Assembly (NCBI GenBank): GCA_050250895.1
Contig: JBFWNU010000001.1
Location: 1,448,008 to 1,512,007, forward strand
Length of the DNA: 64,000 nucleotides
Source of the DNA: Vulcanimicrobiota bacterium
GTDB taxonomy: Bacteria; Vulcanimicrobiota; Xenobia; Xenobiales; JADMJV01
Direction of reading: 5' to 3'
In this document: positions 37,740-47,484 of the stretch, piece after piece
Numbering within the stretch: position 1 is the stretch's first letter
Layout of the letters: each line of letters starts with the position of its first letter
Translations under genes and position numbers: made by a program
The notes under the pieces: generated by a model
Database searches by the model: none
What the model was told of the DNA's origin: nothing
Seen by the model: only the letters and a program-made list of their open reading frames with translations

Positions 37740-38534
37740 TTAGTCGCGGCTGCCCAGCAGTAGCGAAAGAACCGCTTGGAAAAGGTTGAACAGGCCGGCG
37801 AACAGGCACAGGGCGGCGGCGGCCGGGTCGTCAAAATCAGGGTCGTTAGCGATCGCGCTGGTGACGTGAGCCAGGCAGACGGTTCCGAACACACCCAGGG
37901 CCGCCGAGATCAGGTTCGAGACCACACCACTGTGGAGGAAGAAGGCGTTGACCGGGATGGCCAGCACCAGGGCTCCGAAGGTGCCGGCCATGACGGCTTT
38001 CGACATCTTGAAGTCGGCCCCGCTCTGGAAGACATAGAAAGTCACGGCGCCAAACACGGTAGCTGTGACTACCATGGCGGCGTGCACCAGGTTCATGCCT
38101 TGTTCGGAATAGACCATGCCGAGAAAAATCAGCGGCGAGAGGACCAGTCCGGCTACGAAGCCGTCGAACCCGAGAGCGGGCACGGCCAGGCGCGGATTGT
38201 TGTGGGCCACCGAGAGGGCGATGCGAGGAATCACGTTGATGAGCACCAGGATGCCCAGCCAGCCCAGGCCGCCCATATTGAAGAAGAAGCGCAGGAACGA
38301 CTCGGAACTGGAGCCGAGAAACCCTCCGACCATGGCGCCAAACACGGCCACTGCGAGGTAGAGGTAGGTCTGCTGCAGCATCTTGGTGCGGCGCAGTTTG
38401 GTCTGAGGATCGTTGCGATCGTAGACCGTCGCCCCAGGATTGTAGGGTTGAACCCTCTCTTCCTGCAGCATGTCCTGGGGCGGAAGCCAGGCGCCCTGGG
38501 CGACCCCATCATGATTCTCGGTGGTGTAGTCCAT
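37740..38534 (-). CDS. Bax inhibitor-1/YccA family membrane protein
   Basis: QQTYLYL, GLVLSPL, TATVFGAVT, AAALCLF..FNLF; about 7 TM helices. Confidence 0.8.
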   Translation of the reverse strand: MDYTTENHDGVAQGAWLPPQDMLQEERVQPYNPGATVYDRNDPQTKLRRTKMLQQTYLYLAVAVFGAMVGGFLGSSSESFLRFFFNMGGLGWLGILVLINVIPRIALSVAHNNPRLAVPALGFDGFVAGLVLSPLIFLGMVYSEQGMNLVHAAMVVTATVFGAVTFYVFQSGADFKMSKAVMAGTFGALVLAIPVNAFFLHSGVVSNLISAALGVFGTVCLAHVTSAIANDPDFDDPAAAALCLFAGLFNLFQAVLSLLLGSRD

Positions 38535-38641
38535 CTATCGAACCTCCTGTGTCGGAGAATTGTCTCTTTTAACCGTGTTTCCCTTTCTCATGTTCCCTAT
38601 CACTTCCAGGGCAGTCGGTCGGCCGGTAGAAGTCCCCCATT

Positions 38642-38878
38642 ATGTCTTCCCAGGAGCAGAGACGACTGCCTCTCGAGGAAGCCGCCGAGGTCTTGCGTCT
38701 GCCCGTGGTGGCCGTCCGGCGCCTGGTGGAATCGGGGGAGTTGGTCGGTGACGAGCTAGGTATCGATTGTGAGGGTCTGGCCGAGTTCATCGGCCGGCCC
38801 TTCGCGCCCAAGACGCGCAAGACGAAAGGTTGGCGGCGTCGCCAAAAGGCTCAGTCCGAAACGTCACGAAGCGCCTAG
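38642..38878 (+). CDS. small excisionase-like helix-turn-helix protein
   Basis: LPLEEAAEVLRLPVVAVRRLVESGEL; basic C-terminus. Confidence 0.6.
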   Translation: MSSQEQRRLPLEEAAEVLRLPVVAVRRLVESGELVGDELGIDCEGLAEFIGRPFAPKTRKTKGWRRRQKAQSETSRSA

Positions 38879-38879
38879 C

Positions 38880-39986
38880 ATGCGCGCGGCGATTCTAGAC
38901 ACATTTTTCATGGAGCGGGCCCTGCAGTTGGCCGCTCGGGGCCTGGGACGCACCCGCCCCAACCCGGTGGTAGGGGCCGTCATTGTTCGCGATGACAAGA
39001 TCGTGGGTGAGGGTTGGCATCTTAAGGCTGGCGAAGCCCACGCAGAAGTGCTGGCCCTCGAAGCGGCCGGCGACAAGGCGATCGGAGCCACCCTCTACAT
39101 CAATCTCGAACCTTGCGCCCATCAGGGCCGGACCCCCCCCTGCGCCCCTGCGCTGGTCGACGCTAAGCTTGACCGGGTGGTGGTGGGCATGGTCGACCCT
39201 GATGAGCGGGTAGCCGGCAAAGGAATCGAAATTCTGCGTCAGGCCGGAGTGACTGTCTCGATGGCCGACCCCGACTCGGCCCAGCGGTGCCGAGAGATGA
39301 ACCGCTTCTATCTGCGACGCTTGCGCTCCGGACGACCCTTTCTGACTCTGAAATTTGCCTCGACCCTGGATGGAAAACTGGCCACGAAGTCGGGCCACTC
39401 GCGTTGGATCACGGGACCCGAGTCACGCCGCTGGGTGCACCGCCAGCGCGATGTGCATGACGCGATTCTGGTGGGGATCAACACCGTTCTCACCGACGAT
39501 CCCGAACTGACTGCCCGCGACCCCGAAGGACGCACCCCGGTGAAGATCGTGGTCGATTCGCTGGGGCGCCTACCGGCCAGGGCTCGCCTGTTCGACCAGT
39601 GCGAGGAAGGAGTCATCGTATTGACCACCAGTCGCGGCCAGGAACGGGCGCGCGAGCTTCCGGTCGAGGTCATCGTTTCCGACGGTCTGGATGGTCGGGT
39701 TGAATTGGGTCAGGCGTTCAAAGAGCTGGCCAATCGGGGTTTGACCAGTGTTCTGGCCGAGGGCGGTGCGACGCTGAACTATGCGCTCCTGCATGCCGGA
39801 CTCGTCGATCGTGTAGCCGCGTTTGTGGCCCCCAAGCTGGTGGGCGGGTCGGAAGCTCCCACAGCGGTAGGCGGCCTGGGGGTCGAGAGCCTCGATCAGG
39901 GCTGGGAATTACAGGATGTCGGATGGAAACTGATGGGCCACGATCTACTGGTGGAAGGGTATCTTGCCATCCCCTGGGAAGGCTAA
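38880..39986 (+). CDS. ribD: riboflavin biosynthesis deaminase/reductase
   Basis: PNPVVGA, HAE, LEPCAHQGRTPPC, STLDGK, SRWITG, DDPELT, EGG. Confidence 0.96.
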   Translation: MRAAILDTFFMERALQLAARGLGRTRPNPVVGAVIVRDDKIVGEGWHLKAGEAHAEVLALEAAGDKAIGATLYINLEPCAHQGRTPPCAPALVDAKLDRVVVGMVDPDERVAGKGIEILRQAGVTVSMADPDSAQRCREMNRFYLRRLRSGRPFLTLKFASTLDGKLATKSGHSRWITGPESRRWVHRQRDVHDAILVGINTVLTDDPELTARDPEGRTPVKIVVDSLGRLPARARLFDQCEEGVIVLTTSRGQERARELPVEVIVSDGLDGRVELGQAFKELANRGLTSVLAEGGATLNYALLHAGLVDRVAAFVAPKLVGGSEAPTAVGGLGVESLDQGWELQDVGWKLMGHDLLVEGYLAIPWEG

Positions 39987-39990
39987 GCTG

Positions 39991-41085
39991 GTGCAATCGA
40001 CCGTAACTCAAAGGCTTGACAGTAACCAGGCCCTGGCCTTGACCCGCGAGGACCCTCGTGAGGTGGTGGCTGCAGCCGGAGCCCTGCGCAACCAGCTCAA
40101 GGGGCGCACTTTGACCTATTCCCCCAAGGTCTTTCTGCCGGTCACCAACCTTTGTCGGGATCGCTGTTCCTACTGCACGTTCCGCAAGAGCCCGAAGGAC
40201 CCCGGTGCTCACACCATGAGCCTGGACGAGATCCGCCAGGTCTCGGCTCGAGGGGTCCAGGCGGGATGTGTCGAGGCTTTGATGTGTCTGGGCGACCGTC
40301 CCGAGACGGCCTATCCGAGCTACGGCGAGAAGTTGCGTCTGATGGGGGCGCTCAGCACGCCGGCCTACGTGGCGATGGCCTGCCAGGTCAGTCTCGAAGA
40401 GGGTCTCTTGCCTCACACCAACGCCGGCCTGTTGACCGAGGCTGAGCTTAGACTGCTGCGTCCCCTCAACGTCAGTCTGGGGTTGATGCTCGAGAATATC
40501 AGCCCCCGGTTGCGCCAGAAAGGAATGCCCCACTCGGCCGCCCCCGACAAGGATCCGCTCCTGCGTATGCAGATGCTCGAGGCGGCCGGGCGTCTCAAGA
40601 TCCCTTTCACCACCGGCATTTTGATCGGCATCGGCGAGACCTGGGAAGAACGCATCGACAGCCTGCTGGCGATCCGAGAGTGTCACGATCGCTATGGCCA
40701 CATCCAGGAAGTGATCGTGCAGACCTTCCGGGCCAAGCCGGGCACCAGAATGGCCGAGTTCGGCCATCTTTCCGACCTGGAGTTGGCCCACACCGTGGCC
40801 ATCGCCCGCTTGATGCTTGGCCCCATGAATCTGCAAGCTCCTCCCAATCTGTCTCCTGATGGCCACCACCTGTTGATTTCGGCGGGGATCAACGATTGGG
40901 GTGGGATTTCCCCCGTGACCCAGGACTTTATCAATCCCGAGGCTCCCTGGCCCCATCTGGAAGCCCTGCGGGCTACCTGTCGAGAGGCGGGTTTTGAACT
41001 CAAGCCCCGCCTGCCGATCTATCCCGAATATATCCATCAGGAATTCGTCGACCCCGGGCTGTTGATGCGATTGGAGGCTATGTGA
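39991..41085 (+). CDS. cofG: FO synthase subunit CofG (radical SAM)
   Basis: TYSPKVFLPVTNLCRDRCSYC, LLPHTNAG, PDKDP, PFTTGILIGIGE, QAPPNL, GINDWGGISP; start approximate. Confidence 0.92.
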   Translation: MQSTVTQRLDSNQALALTREDPREVVAAAGALRNQLKGRTLTYSPKVFLPVTNLCRDRCSYCTFRKSPKDPGAHTMSLDEIRQVSARGVQAGCVEALMCLGDRPETAYPSYGEKLRLMGALSTPAYVAMACQVSLEEGLLPHTNAGLLTEAELRLLRPLNVSLGLMLENISPRLRQKGMPHSAAPDKDPLLRMQMLEAAGRLKIPFTTGILIGIGETWEERIDSLLAIRECHDRYGHIQEVIVQTFRAKPGTRMAEFGHLSDLELAHTVAIARLMLGPMNLQAPPNLSPDGHHLLISAGINDWGGISPVTQDFINPEAPWPHLEALRATCREAGFELKPRLPIYPEYIHQEFVDPGLLMRLEAM

Positions 41086-42350
41086 CTTTAGCCAATCTCT
41101 ACGAGCGTCGCCGTCAGGCGCTGTCTGCACCGGTCGGCGAGGCCCTCGAAGCTGCCCTGGCCGGCCACGACCTCGAACGCGACCAGGCCCTGGTGCTGGC
41201 TCGCGTGCGGGGGGTCGAACTCGAGGCCCTGGTCCAGGTGGCCGACCACCTGCGCGAGCAACAGTGCGGCCACCAAGCCTCTTATGTGGTCAACCGCAAT
41301 GTCAACTTCACCAACGTTTGTATCAAGCGTTGCACCTTCTGTGCCTTCAGTCGCGACCACCGCTTGGAAGAAGCCTATTACTTGCCTCAACACGAGGTGC
41401 TTCGACGTATTCAAGAGGCCATCGAGTTGGGGGCCACCGAGGTGTGCGTGCAGGCCGGCCTGCCTCCCAAGATGGACGGATCGCTCTATGTCGAGCTGAC
41501 CCGGGCCATCAAGTCGCACTTTCCGACCCTTCACCTGCACGCCTTCTCTCCCGAAGAGGTGCTCTACGGGGCTATTCGTTCCCGCTCGAGTATCGGCGAG
41601 TATCTGCAACAGCTAAAAGAGGCCGGGCTCGACAGTTTGCCCGGCACCTCGGCCGAGATTCTCGACCAGGATCTGCGCGACAAGATCGCCCCTGGTCGGA
41701 TCACCGTCGAGCAGTGGACCGAGGTCATCGAAGCGGCCCACCAGTTGGGTTTGCCGACCACCTCGACCATGATGTTCGGCCATCTTGAAGCACCCGACCA
41801 CTGGGTGGACCATATGCTTTACCTGCGTGAGCTGCAAAAGCGAACCGGCGGCTTTAGCGAGTTCGTGCCTTTGAGTTTCGTGCATCAAGAGGCGCCCATG
41901 ATGACGCGACTCGAGGGGGTGCGGGCCGGGGCCACGGGCGCCGAGGTAGTGCTGGTGCACGCGTTAGCCCGAGTGCTGTTAGGCGCGCATCTGCGCAACA
42001 TCCAGGCTTCCTGGGTCAAAGAAGGACCCAAGCTGGCTCAGATTTTGCTGGCGGCCGGCTGTAACGACCTGGGGGGGACCCTGATCAACGAGAGTATTTC
42101 GACTTCGGCCGGGGCATCGTTCGGGCAGCTGGTGCCTCCGGCCGAACTGCGACGGATTTTGCGAGACGCGGGTCGCTTGCCCGTTCAGCGCAACACTCTC
42201 TATGGGGTCGTGCGTCGCTTCGAGAGCGAGCCCCTGCGCCCGGACGCTCTAGATCAGGTGGCCGACCCAGAAGGCCGCTTCGGTTCGTTTCAGCAGTTGG
42301 TGGCCGCCAAGGAACACCGCTTCGTGCATCCTCTGCGCGTGCTCAGCTGA
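41082..42350 (+). CDS. cofH: FO synthase subunit CofH (radical SAM)
   Basis: YVVNRNVNFTNVCIKRCTFC, HAFSPEE, PGTSAEIL, NIQASWVK, NDLGGTLINESIS; directly after cofG. Confidence 0.9.
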   Translation: MTLANLYERRRQALSAPVGEALEAALAGHDLERDQALVLARVRGVELEALVQVADHLREQQCGHQASYVVNRNVNFTNVCIKRCTFCAFSRDHRLEEAYYLPQHEVLRRIQEAIELGATEVCVQAGLPPKMDGSLYVELTRAIKSHFPTLHLHAFSPEEVLYGAIRSRSSIGEYLQQLKEAGLDSLPGTSAEILDQDLRDKIAPGRITVEQWTEVIEAAHQLGLPTTSTMMFGHLEAPDHWVDHMLYLRELQKRTGGFSEFVPLSFVHQEAPMMTRLEGVRAGATGAEVVLVHALARVLLGAHLRNIQASWVKEGPKLAQILLAAGCNDLGGTLINESISTSAGASFGQLVPPAELRRILRDAGRLPVQRNTLYGVVRRFESEPLRPDALDQVADPEGRFGSFQQLVAAKEHRFVHPLRVLS

Positions 42351-42717
42351 GCCGGGCCAGGTTAAAGCCGCACACGACCGCCGCCAGACCGACCACCAGA
42401 TGGATCGAGAGGTTCGCCAGGGCCATCCACCAGGCCGACTGTTCTAGCATGCGATAGGTTTCGAGACTAAAAGTCGAAAAGGTGGTGAAGCTGCCCAGAA
42501 AGCCCGTCATGAAGAATAGCTTGGGCAGATCCCCCGGGTCTTGCCCGACCTCGATCCGCCCCGCTATCAACCCGATCAACAGACACCCGAGCAGGTTGGC
42601 CGCCATCGTGCCGTAGGGAAAATCGGGGCCGGCCAGGCGCAGAAACAGACGGGTCATGCCGTGGCGACTGAGAGCGCCCAGAAACCCCCCTGCGCCGATC
42701 GCCAGCCATTGATTCAT
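42343..42717 (-). CDS. crcB: fluoride channel Fluc/CrcB
   Basis: GGFLGALSRH, PYGTMAANLLG, TGFLGSFTTFSTFSLE. Confidence 0.95.
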   Translation of the reverse strand: MNQWLAIGAGGFLGALSRHGMTRLFLRLAGPDFPYGTMAANLLGCLLIGLIAGRIEVGQDPGDLPKLFFMTGFLGSFTTFSTFSLETYRMLEQSAWWMALANLSIHLVVGLAAVVCGFNLARLS

Positions 42718-42791
42718 TCTTCGAGGTTGGCCCTTGGACTCGGCTGTTCCTGGAGTTTGGCAAAGAAAAAGGAGTGAAATGGCAATATTCC

Positions 42792-42856
42792 GTTAACCCA
42801 GTTAACAAATTCTTAACCAGAAAAAGGGCGCCATGAACTCGATTTGGCGCTAAACT
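42792..42856 (+). promoter_or_regulatory. GTTAAC repeats (TTAA-N7-TTAAC) plus -10-like TAAACT
   Basis: GTTAAC 42792-97, GTTAAC 42801-06, CTTAAC 42812-17; TAAACT 42851-56. Confidence 0.65.
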
Positions 42857-42882
42857 AGGAAGGAACCTATTCGGAGGGCAAC

Positions 42883-43629
42883 GTGGATTTGAAAGCCGCG
42901 CTAGACAGGATTAAAGAGGGCGTGCAGAACGGGGTAGATGCAGTTCGCGACTACGCCGACGACAACCCCGACACCGTTCGCAAGGTCGGTCCCATCGCGA
43001 CCGGACTGCTAATCTTCTTAGGAGCTCTGATGGTCTTCAGAGCCTATCGCGAAGTACCTCGCGAAGCCGATCCCGGACGCGGACACCCGCTGGCCGCGGT
43101 CCAGGAATATGACGCGCAACCGGCCGCCCAGCCTCTGCCAGAGGCTACCACCTCGGAGCGTGGCCACCCCCTGGCCGCCGAAGAGACCGGACCGGCCCCG
43201 AGCGAGCCGGTGGCTCAAGAAGAAGAAGCTTATCCCGAGGTGGCCGAGCAACCCACTTATCAACCCGCTGCTGCCCCCGTGGCCGCTCCTTCCGACGCTT
43301 TGGATGATTCGGCCAACGATGCCGGGGTGGCGCTGGCCCGGTTCTTCCACAACCTTGACGAGCACAACTATGGCGAGGCCTACCGCGGCCTCTCGGCCGA
43401 CTGGCAGGCCTCGCTGCCCTACGAGCGCTTCGCTTACGGATATAGCACGACCGAAGCGCTCAACTGCGAGGTCGAGCATGTGCGTCGCTTCGAAGACGGC
43501 CGGGTCCGCGTGGCGGTCACCCTGGACGCCATCGAGAACGGGACCCGCTCGCGCTATGTCGCTAGCTACCTGATGATCTCCGAGGGTGGCGAGTGGCGTC
43601 TCGACCGCGGCCTGCAGCTGCGGATCTAG
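42883..43629 (+). CDS. single-pass membrane protein with Pro/Glu linker and NTF2-like C-terminal domain
   Basis: TM IATGLLIFLGALMVF; duplicated RGHPLAA; FFHNLDEHNYGEAYRGLS..GEWRLD; RBS GGAGG. Confidence 0.7.
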   Translation: MDLKAALDRIKEGVQNGVDAVRDYADDNPDTVRKVGPIATGLLIFLGALMVFRAYREVPREADPGRGHPLAAVQEYDAQPAAQPLPEATTSERGHPLAAEETGPAPSEPVAQEEEAYPEVAEQPTYQPAAAPVAAPSDALDDSANDAGVALARFFHNLDEHNYGEAYRGLSADWQASLPYERFAYGYSTTEALNCEVEHVRRFEDGRVRVAVTLDAIENGTRSRYVASYLMISEGGEWRLDRGLQLRI

Positions 43630-43643
43630 CCACAACGATAGCC

Positions 43644-44036
43644 TTAGCCCATCGCGGATGAAGCGGTGGGCTTGATTTTGTAAATCACTCGGGTCTCGGC
43701 AGGGCTGCGATAGGGGTAGCTATCGACCCCCAGGTATTTCTTGGCCAGCATGTCGATGTGGGCATCGGCGCCTTCTTCGGTGATTGTGACCACTTCGCCC
43801 CGCACTTCCAGATAGCGGTAACTGTTGTCGGGGTCGAGCATCGACAGGGCCACCTGCGGACGGGCCCGCATGTTCTTGTCTTTGCGGCGGCCTTTAGCCG
43901 AGTTGACCTCGATCATGCCATCGCGATAGTGAAACCAGACCGGCGTCGATTGGGGAGTGCCATCGGGTAGAAGTGTACAAAGGTGCGCCAGCACCGGCTT
44001 TTCAAGAATGTCTTGATAGTTATCAGGGATACTCAT
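43644..44036 (-). CDS. PPOX-class probable F420-dependent oxidoreductase
   Basis: HLCTLLPDGTPQSTPVWF, GRRKDKNMRARPQVALS, YRYLEVRG, LAKKYLG. Confidence 0.88.
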   Translation of the reverse strand: MSIPDNYQDILEKPVLAHLCTLLPDGTPQSTPVWFHYRDGMIEVNSAKGRRKDKNMRARPQVALSMLDPDNSYRYLEVRGEVVTITEEGADAHIDMLAKKYLGVDSYPYRSPAETRVIYKIKPTASSAMG

Positions 44037-44105
44037 CTGGGGCGATTCGCTGGTCGAGCAAGGCTTCCCTAGGGGTTCTGGTTGTGGTATCCTGACCAGT
44101 ACACC

Positions 44106-46523
44106 ATGCAGGCGGATCGGGTCCCTTCAATAGTCTTTTCTCGGACTGCTCCTAAGTCCGCCCATGCCCGCGAGGCGCCACCCACCAAGGCGGATCAGAT
44201 CACCGCCGATCTGTATCAGTCGCTGGGTATCGAGGCGCCTGAGACTCCCCAACCTCCACCCCCGGCCAAACCCAGACGCTCTCTGCCGGGCCGCGTTTTG
44301 CGTGGCCTCGGCTGGTTGGGAGCGGCCGTCGGAGCCGGAGCCGGCGTGGTCGGAGCGATCGGTTACACCGCCAACCGCGAGGCTTTGAAGACCCCGGCTG
44401 TATCGCTCTACCTCGACGCCGAGCTGTTTTCGACGCCCAATCTCAGCCCGACGACCACGACCAACGCGCCGGTCCAGGCCCAGGCCGGCCGCAGTTGGAA
44501 TCTGGCCGACTCGCCGGTGACGGTCTTTCTGCCCAGCGACACCGTCCGCCAGGTCGTGGACGACCTGGCCGAGACGGCCCCCATCGCGCGCCTGCTCGAG
44601 CAGAAGATCGCTCAGGTCCGCCAGGATGTGCAGCAGAAGCTAGGTCAGTTGGCAGTGCCTGACAACGACCTGCTGCTGGATCTCGACATTCCGCTGCCCA
44701 CCGGCGACCGGCCCTTCTTTCACCTGGGCGAGCAGAACCTGCCCTCGGGTGGCTTGCGCGAACTGCAAAGCGAATCCGTTCCGCTCTCTTTACATGTAAG
44801 CGCCGAGCCGATCACCACCGGAATCGACCTGGAACTCGAGCTGATGCAGGGGGCCAGGGCCCCCGAGGGGGGCGGCCCGGGTTTGTTTCTGGGCACGGCC
44901 CGAGCCCGGGTGACCGCCGGCCCCGAGCTGGTGATTCGTGGTCAGGCCGACCTGCGCCACGACCTCGATGGCGAAGTGACTCGCTCTAAACTCGAGGCGC
45001 TCGAACCAGGGCCGAGCGAGTTGCGGTCGCGGCTCGAGAGGCGGCTCTATGAGGGACGCCAGCTGAGCCAGCATCAAGGTGTGCGGGACTCGCTGGAAAC
45101 GGCCCTCGATTCGCAGTCGGTCGAGTTCGAGGGGCACGTGCGAAACGGTGACAAGCCTCTGGCCGAGGTGCTCTTTCACCTCTGGCTCAGCCCCGATAGC
45201 AACGGTGACGGTCGGGCCGAGGTGAAGGTGACCCAGCAGGCCGATCTGGACCGACTCGAGGCCATGCGGATCGAGGTCACCCGTCTCGAGAACACCGGTC
45301 AGGCTCCTGAAGGCAGGTTGGCGCGTTGGCTGCATTCCACCGCGGGTGACTATTTCGAGGAGGGCGTGCGGGCCGCCCTGCCCGAGGCCACGGCTGCGCT
45401 CCAGAAGATCGCTGTAGAGAAAGTGGGCGAACAGTTGGCCAGGACCAGCCCCGAGGTGGCGCTGCGAGCCAATCGGGTGGTCGACTCGGCTTTCCAGGTG
45501 GGCGACGAAGGGATCACCATTCATTCTACCCACCAGGGGGTATCGGACCTGACCTTCTGGCTGGGTCAGGTTCAGGTAGGACAAGACGGTACTCTGGCCG
45601 TGGCTATCAAGACCAGGCCCGGTCTGGGCGAAGTGCCCGATCAGCAACTGCCACCCGGCATGTCGCTGGCCGCGGGTGAAGCCGGGGTCAAGCTCGACGG
45701 CACCTTGCTCAACACCCACCTGCGCGACCAGAGCGACGGCGGTAGCATCGACTGGAGGTCGTTCCTCGAGAAGGTCGAGAACGGGGCCGACCTGCGCGAG
45801 GTGTCTTTCGGCTGCGATACGGCTGGCCGCCCTTGCTGGCCGCGCCTTGTCCTTGACCAGGGGAGACCCGCCGTGGTCTTTGATGTGAATGTGATTCCCA
45901 ACGGGGCCAAGCCGGTAGAAGGGGTGACCGGGTTGGTGGCCGGAGCCACCGGCGCCCTCGATGGCGGAGCGGCCAAGCTGCAGAAAGGCCTGGAAGAGAA
46001 GACCGGGCTCTTCGGAACCATTGTCGGCGGCATCATTCGTATTCCCACCGCCGTGATCGACGGCGCAGTCGGAGTGGGAAAGGTGGTGGTCGACAACACC
46101 GCCGGGCTGGTGGTGGACACCACCAGCGAAGCCCTGACCCGGCCGAGCATTCACACCGGAGTGGTCGTGCCGCTCAAGCTCGACTTCGACAAAGAGGGCC
46201 TCAACGTTGTTCCACTGGGCGATGGGGTGCGCTTTTCCAACCCTGAGCAAAAGGTCCCCTTCGACGTGACCGACTTGATTCCGACCCGGGCGCTGGCGAA
46301 CCTGATCGCTCGCACCGTGGCTTCGGCAGCCGGACCCTCGCAGGTCGGAGAGCAGGCCGAGAAGGTCAATCTAGACGTCAACCTCGAGCGACTCGGCGCC
46401 GAGATCGCCGAGCTAGGCTGGAGCGGCGGCAAAGAGAATCCAGATCTGGTGGTCAAGCTGAAGGTCAACCCTCAGGCGGCTGAGTGGATCGCCGCCAAAG
46501 CCGTCACCGGGCTCGAGCGTTAG
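44106..46523 (+). CDS. large hypothetical membrane-anchored protein
   Basis: About 805-aa ORF; Pro-rich N-terminus, hydrophobic Gly-rich segment, DSNGDG motif. Confidence 0.75.
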   Translation: MQADRVPSIVFSRTAPKSAHAREAPPTKADQITADLYQSLGIEAPETPQPPPPAKPRRSLPGRVLRGLGWLGAAVGAGAGVVGAIGYTANREALKTPAVSLYLDAELFSTPNLSPTTTTNAPVQAQAGRSWNLADSPVTVFLPSDTVRQVVDDLAETAPIARLLEQKIAQVRQDVQQKLGQLAVPDNDLLLDLDIPLPTGDRPFFHLGEQNLPSGGLRELQSESVPLSLHVSAEPITTGIDLELELMQGARAPEGGGPGLFLGTARARVTAGPELVIRGQADLRHDLDGEVTRSKLEALEPGPSELRSRLERRLYEGRQLSQHQGVRDSLETALDSQSVEFEGHVRNGDKPLAEVLFHLWLSPDSNGDGRAEVKVTQQADLDRLEAMRIEVTRLENTGQAPEGRLARWLHSTAGDYFEEGVRAALPEATAALQKIAVEKVGEQLARTSPEVALRANRVVDSAFQVGDEGITIHSTHQGVSDLTFWLGQVQVGQDGTLAVAIKTRPGLGEVPDQQLPPGMSLAAGEAGVKLDGTLLNTHLRDQSDGGSIDWRSFLEKVENGADLREVSFGCDTAGRPCWPRLVLDQGRPAVVFDVNVIPNGAKPVEGVTGLVAGATGALDGGAAKLQKGLEEKTGLFGTIVGGIIRIPTAVIDGAVGVGKVVVDNTAGLVVDTTSEALTRPSIHTGVVVPLKLDFDKEGLNVVPLGDGVRFSNPEQKVPFDVTDLIPTRALANLIARTVASAAGPSQVGEQAEKVNLDVNLERLGAEIAELGWSGGKENPDLVVKLKVNPQAAEWIAAKAVTGLER

Positions 46524-47484
46524 CCAGCACCAACCCGGCCGCGGGCTCGTCCTCGAGGCTTTCCCCGCGGGCCCATTTCTTGAGGGCCACTCGGAGTTGC
46601 CTGCGTTCCAGTTGGGTGGGGCTCTCGAAAGACGGTAGGTCGGGGCCTGGCTGCAGCTGCAACTTGCCGCGCAGATAAGCGCGGGTGGCCCACAGGACGG
46701 CCTCGAGGCGAGCCAGTCTTTGGTGTCGCACCAGCGAGTCACGGAGGTCTTGCTCTCGCTCGGGGGAGGGCTCCTTGTCGGCCTCGAGATAGTCGGCCAG
46801 GGCCTGGGGCAGATTGCCATGCTTGAGCAGTTGGCGGGCGCGCAGCAAGAGAGGACCATCGGACGCCTCGACCAGGAACAGGTCCAAGTCGGCCACGTGC
46901 TCGAGCAAGGCCCATCCGAGCGACGGCTCGAGAGCGCCGACACTGGCGGCCATGCGAGCCAGTTGGTGCGGGTGCCAATGAAACCACTCGAGCGTCAGGT
47001 CCGGCCAACGCCGGCCCACCAGATGCAGGCCGCGGGCTACCAGTTCCGACTTGTCCGGTCGTCGACCCAATTTCTCGAAGTGGATGAGACACGGGTCGGG
47101 AGCCCGGGCAAGTTGGCATCGCTGGGCCGGAGGTAGACCGAGCAACTCGACCAGGGCCGCCTGCGGCCGCCCTTCGGCCGTAAACGGCGGGCCCGCGAGC
47201 CGCTCCATCCAGGTGAGCAGTTCGGGCCAGTCGACCTGCCCGCGCAGCAGCCAGTCTTCCAGCAAAGCCAGACATTTAGGCAGAAACTTCTGGGGGGTCT
47301 GCTCGAGGCGTCCGACTAGCTCGGGCAAGTGAGTCTCGAGCTCTTGCAGGTCGCTCGGTTCGGGGGGATAGATGGCCAGAAAGGCGAGGCTGCAAGTCAG
47401 TTCGCGTCGCACGGGGTTGGCCAGTTGGGCCCACTCGGCTCGCGCCGGGAGGGCCAGTTTGCAGTTTTCGAGAGTCCTGGTCAT
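46504..47484 (-). CDS. hypothetical protein
   Basis: Long Leu-rich ORF; ATGA overlap with the upstream gene. Confidence 0.6.
   Translation of the reverse strand: MTRTLENCKLALPARAEWAQLANPVRRELTCSLAFLAIYPPEPSDLQELETHLPELVGRLEQTPQKFLPKCLALLEDWLLRGQVDWPELLTWMERLAGPPFTAEGRPQAALVELLGLPPAQRCQLARAPDPCLIHFEKLGRRPDKSELVARGLHLVGRRWPDLTLEWFHWHPHQLARMAASVGALEPSLGWALLEHVADLDLFLVEASDGPLLLRARQLLKHGNLPQALADYLEADKEPSPEREQDLRDSLVRHQRLARLEAVLWATRAYLRGKLQLQPGPDLPSFESPTQLERRQLRVALKKWARGESLEDEPAAGLVLANARAR

Noticed and set aside
38535-38880. FMN riboswitch upstream of ribD
   Set aside because: No RFN consensus segments recognisable; the region is mostly occupied by a small HTH ORF
42718-42880. Fluoride riboswitch upstream of crcB
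   Set aside because: No GGCGATGG..GCTGATGAC-type consensus on the minus strand
490-46250. Long opposite-strand ORFs in the track (e.g. 490-1533, 6349-8112, 21550-22707, 23498-24631, 34684-35850, 39718-41130, 44790-46250)
   Set aside because: They are antisense shadows of well-supported genes, expected in GC-rich DNA, and have no recognisable motifs
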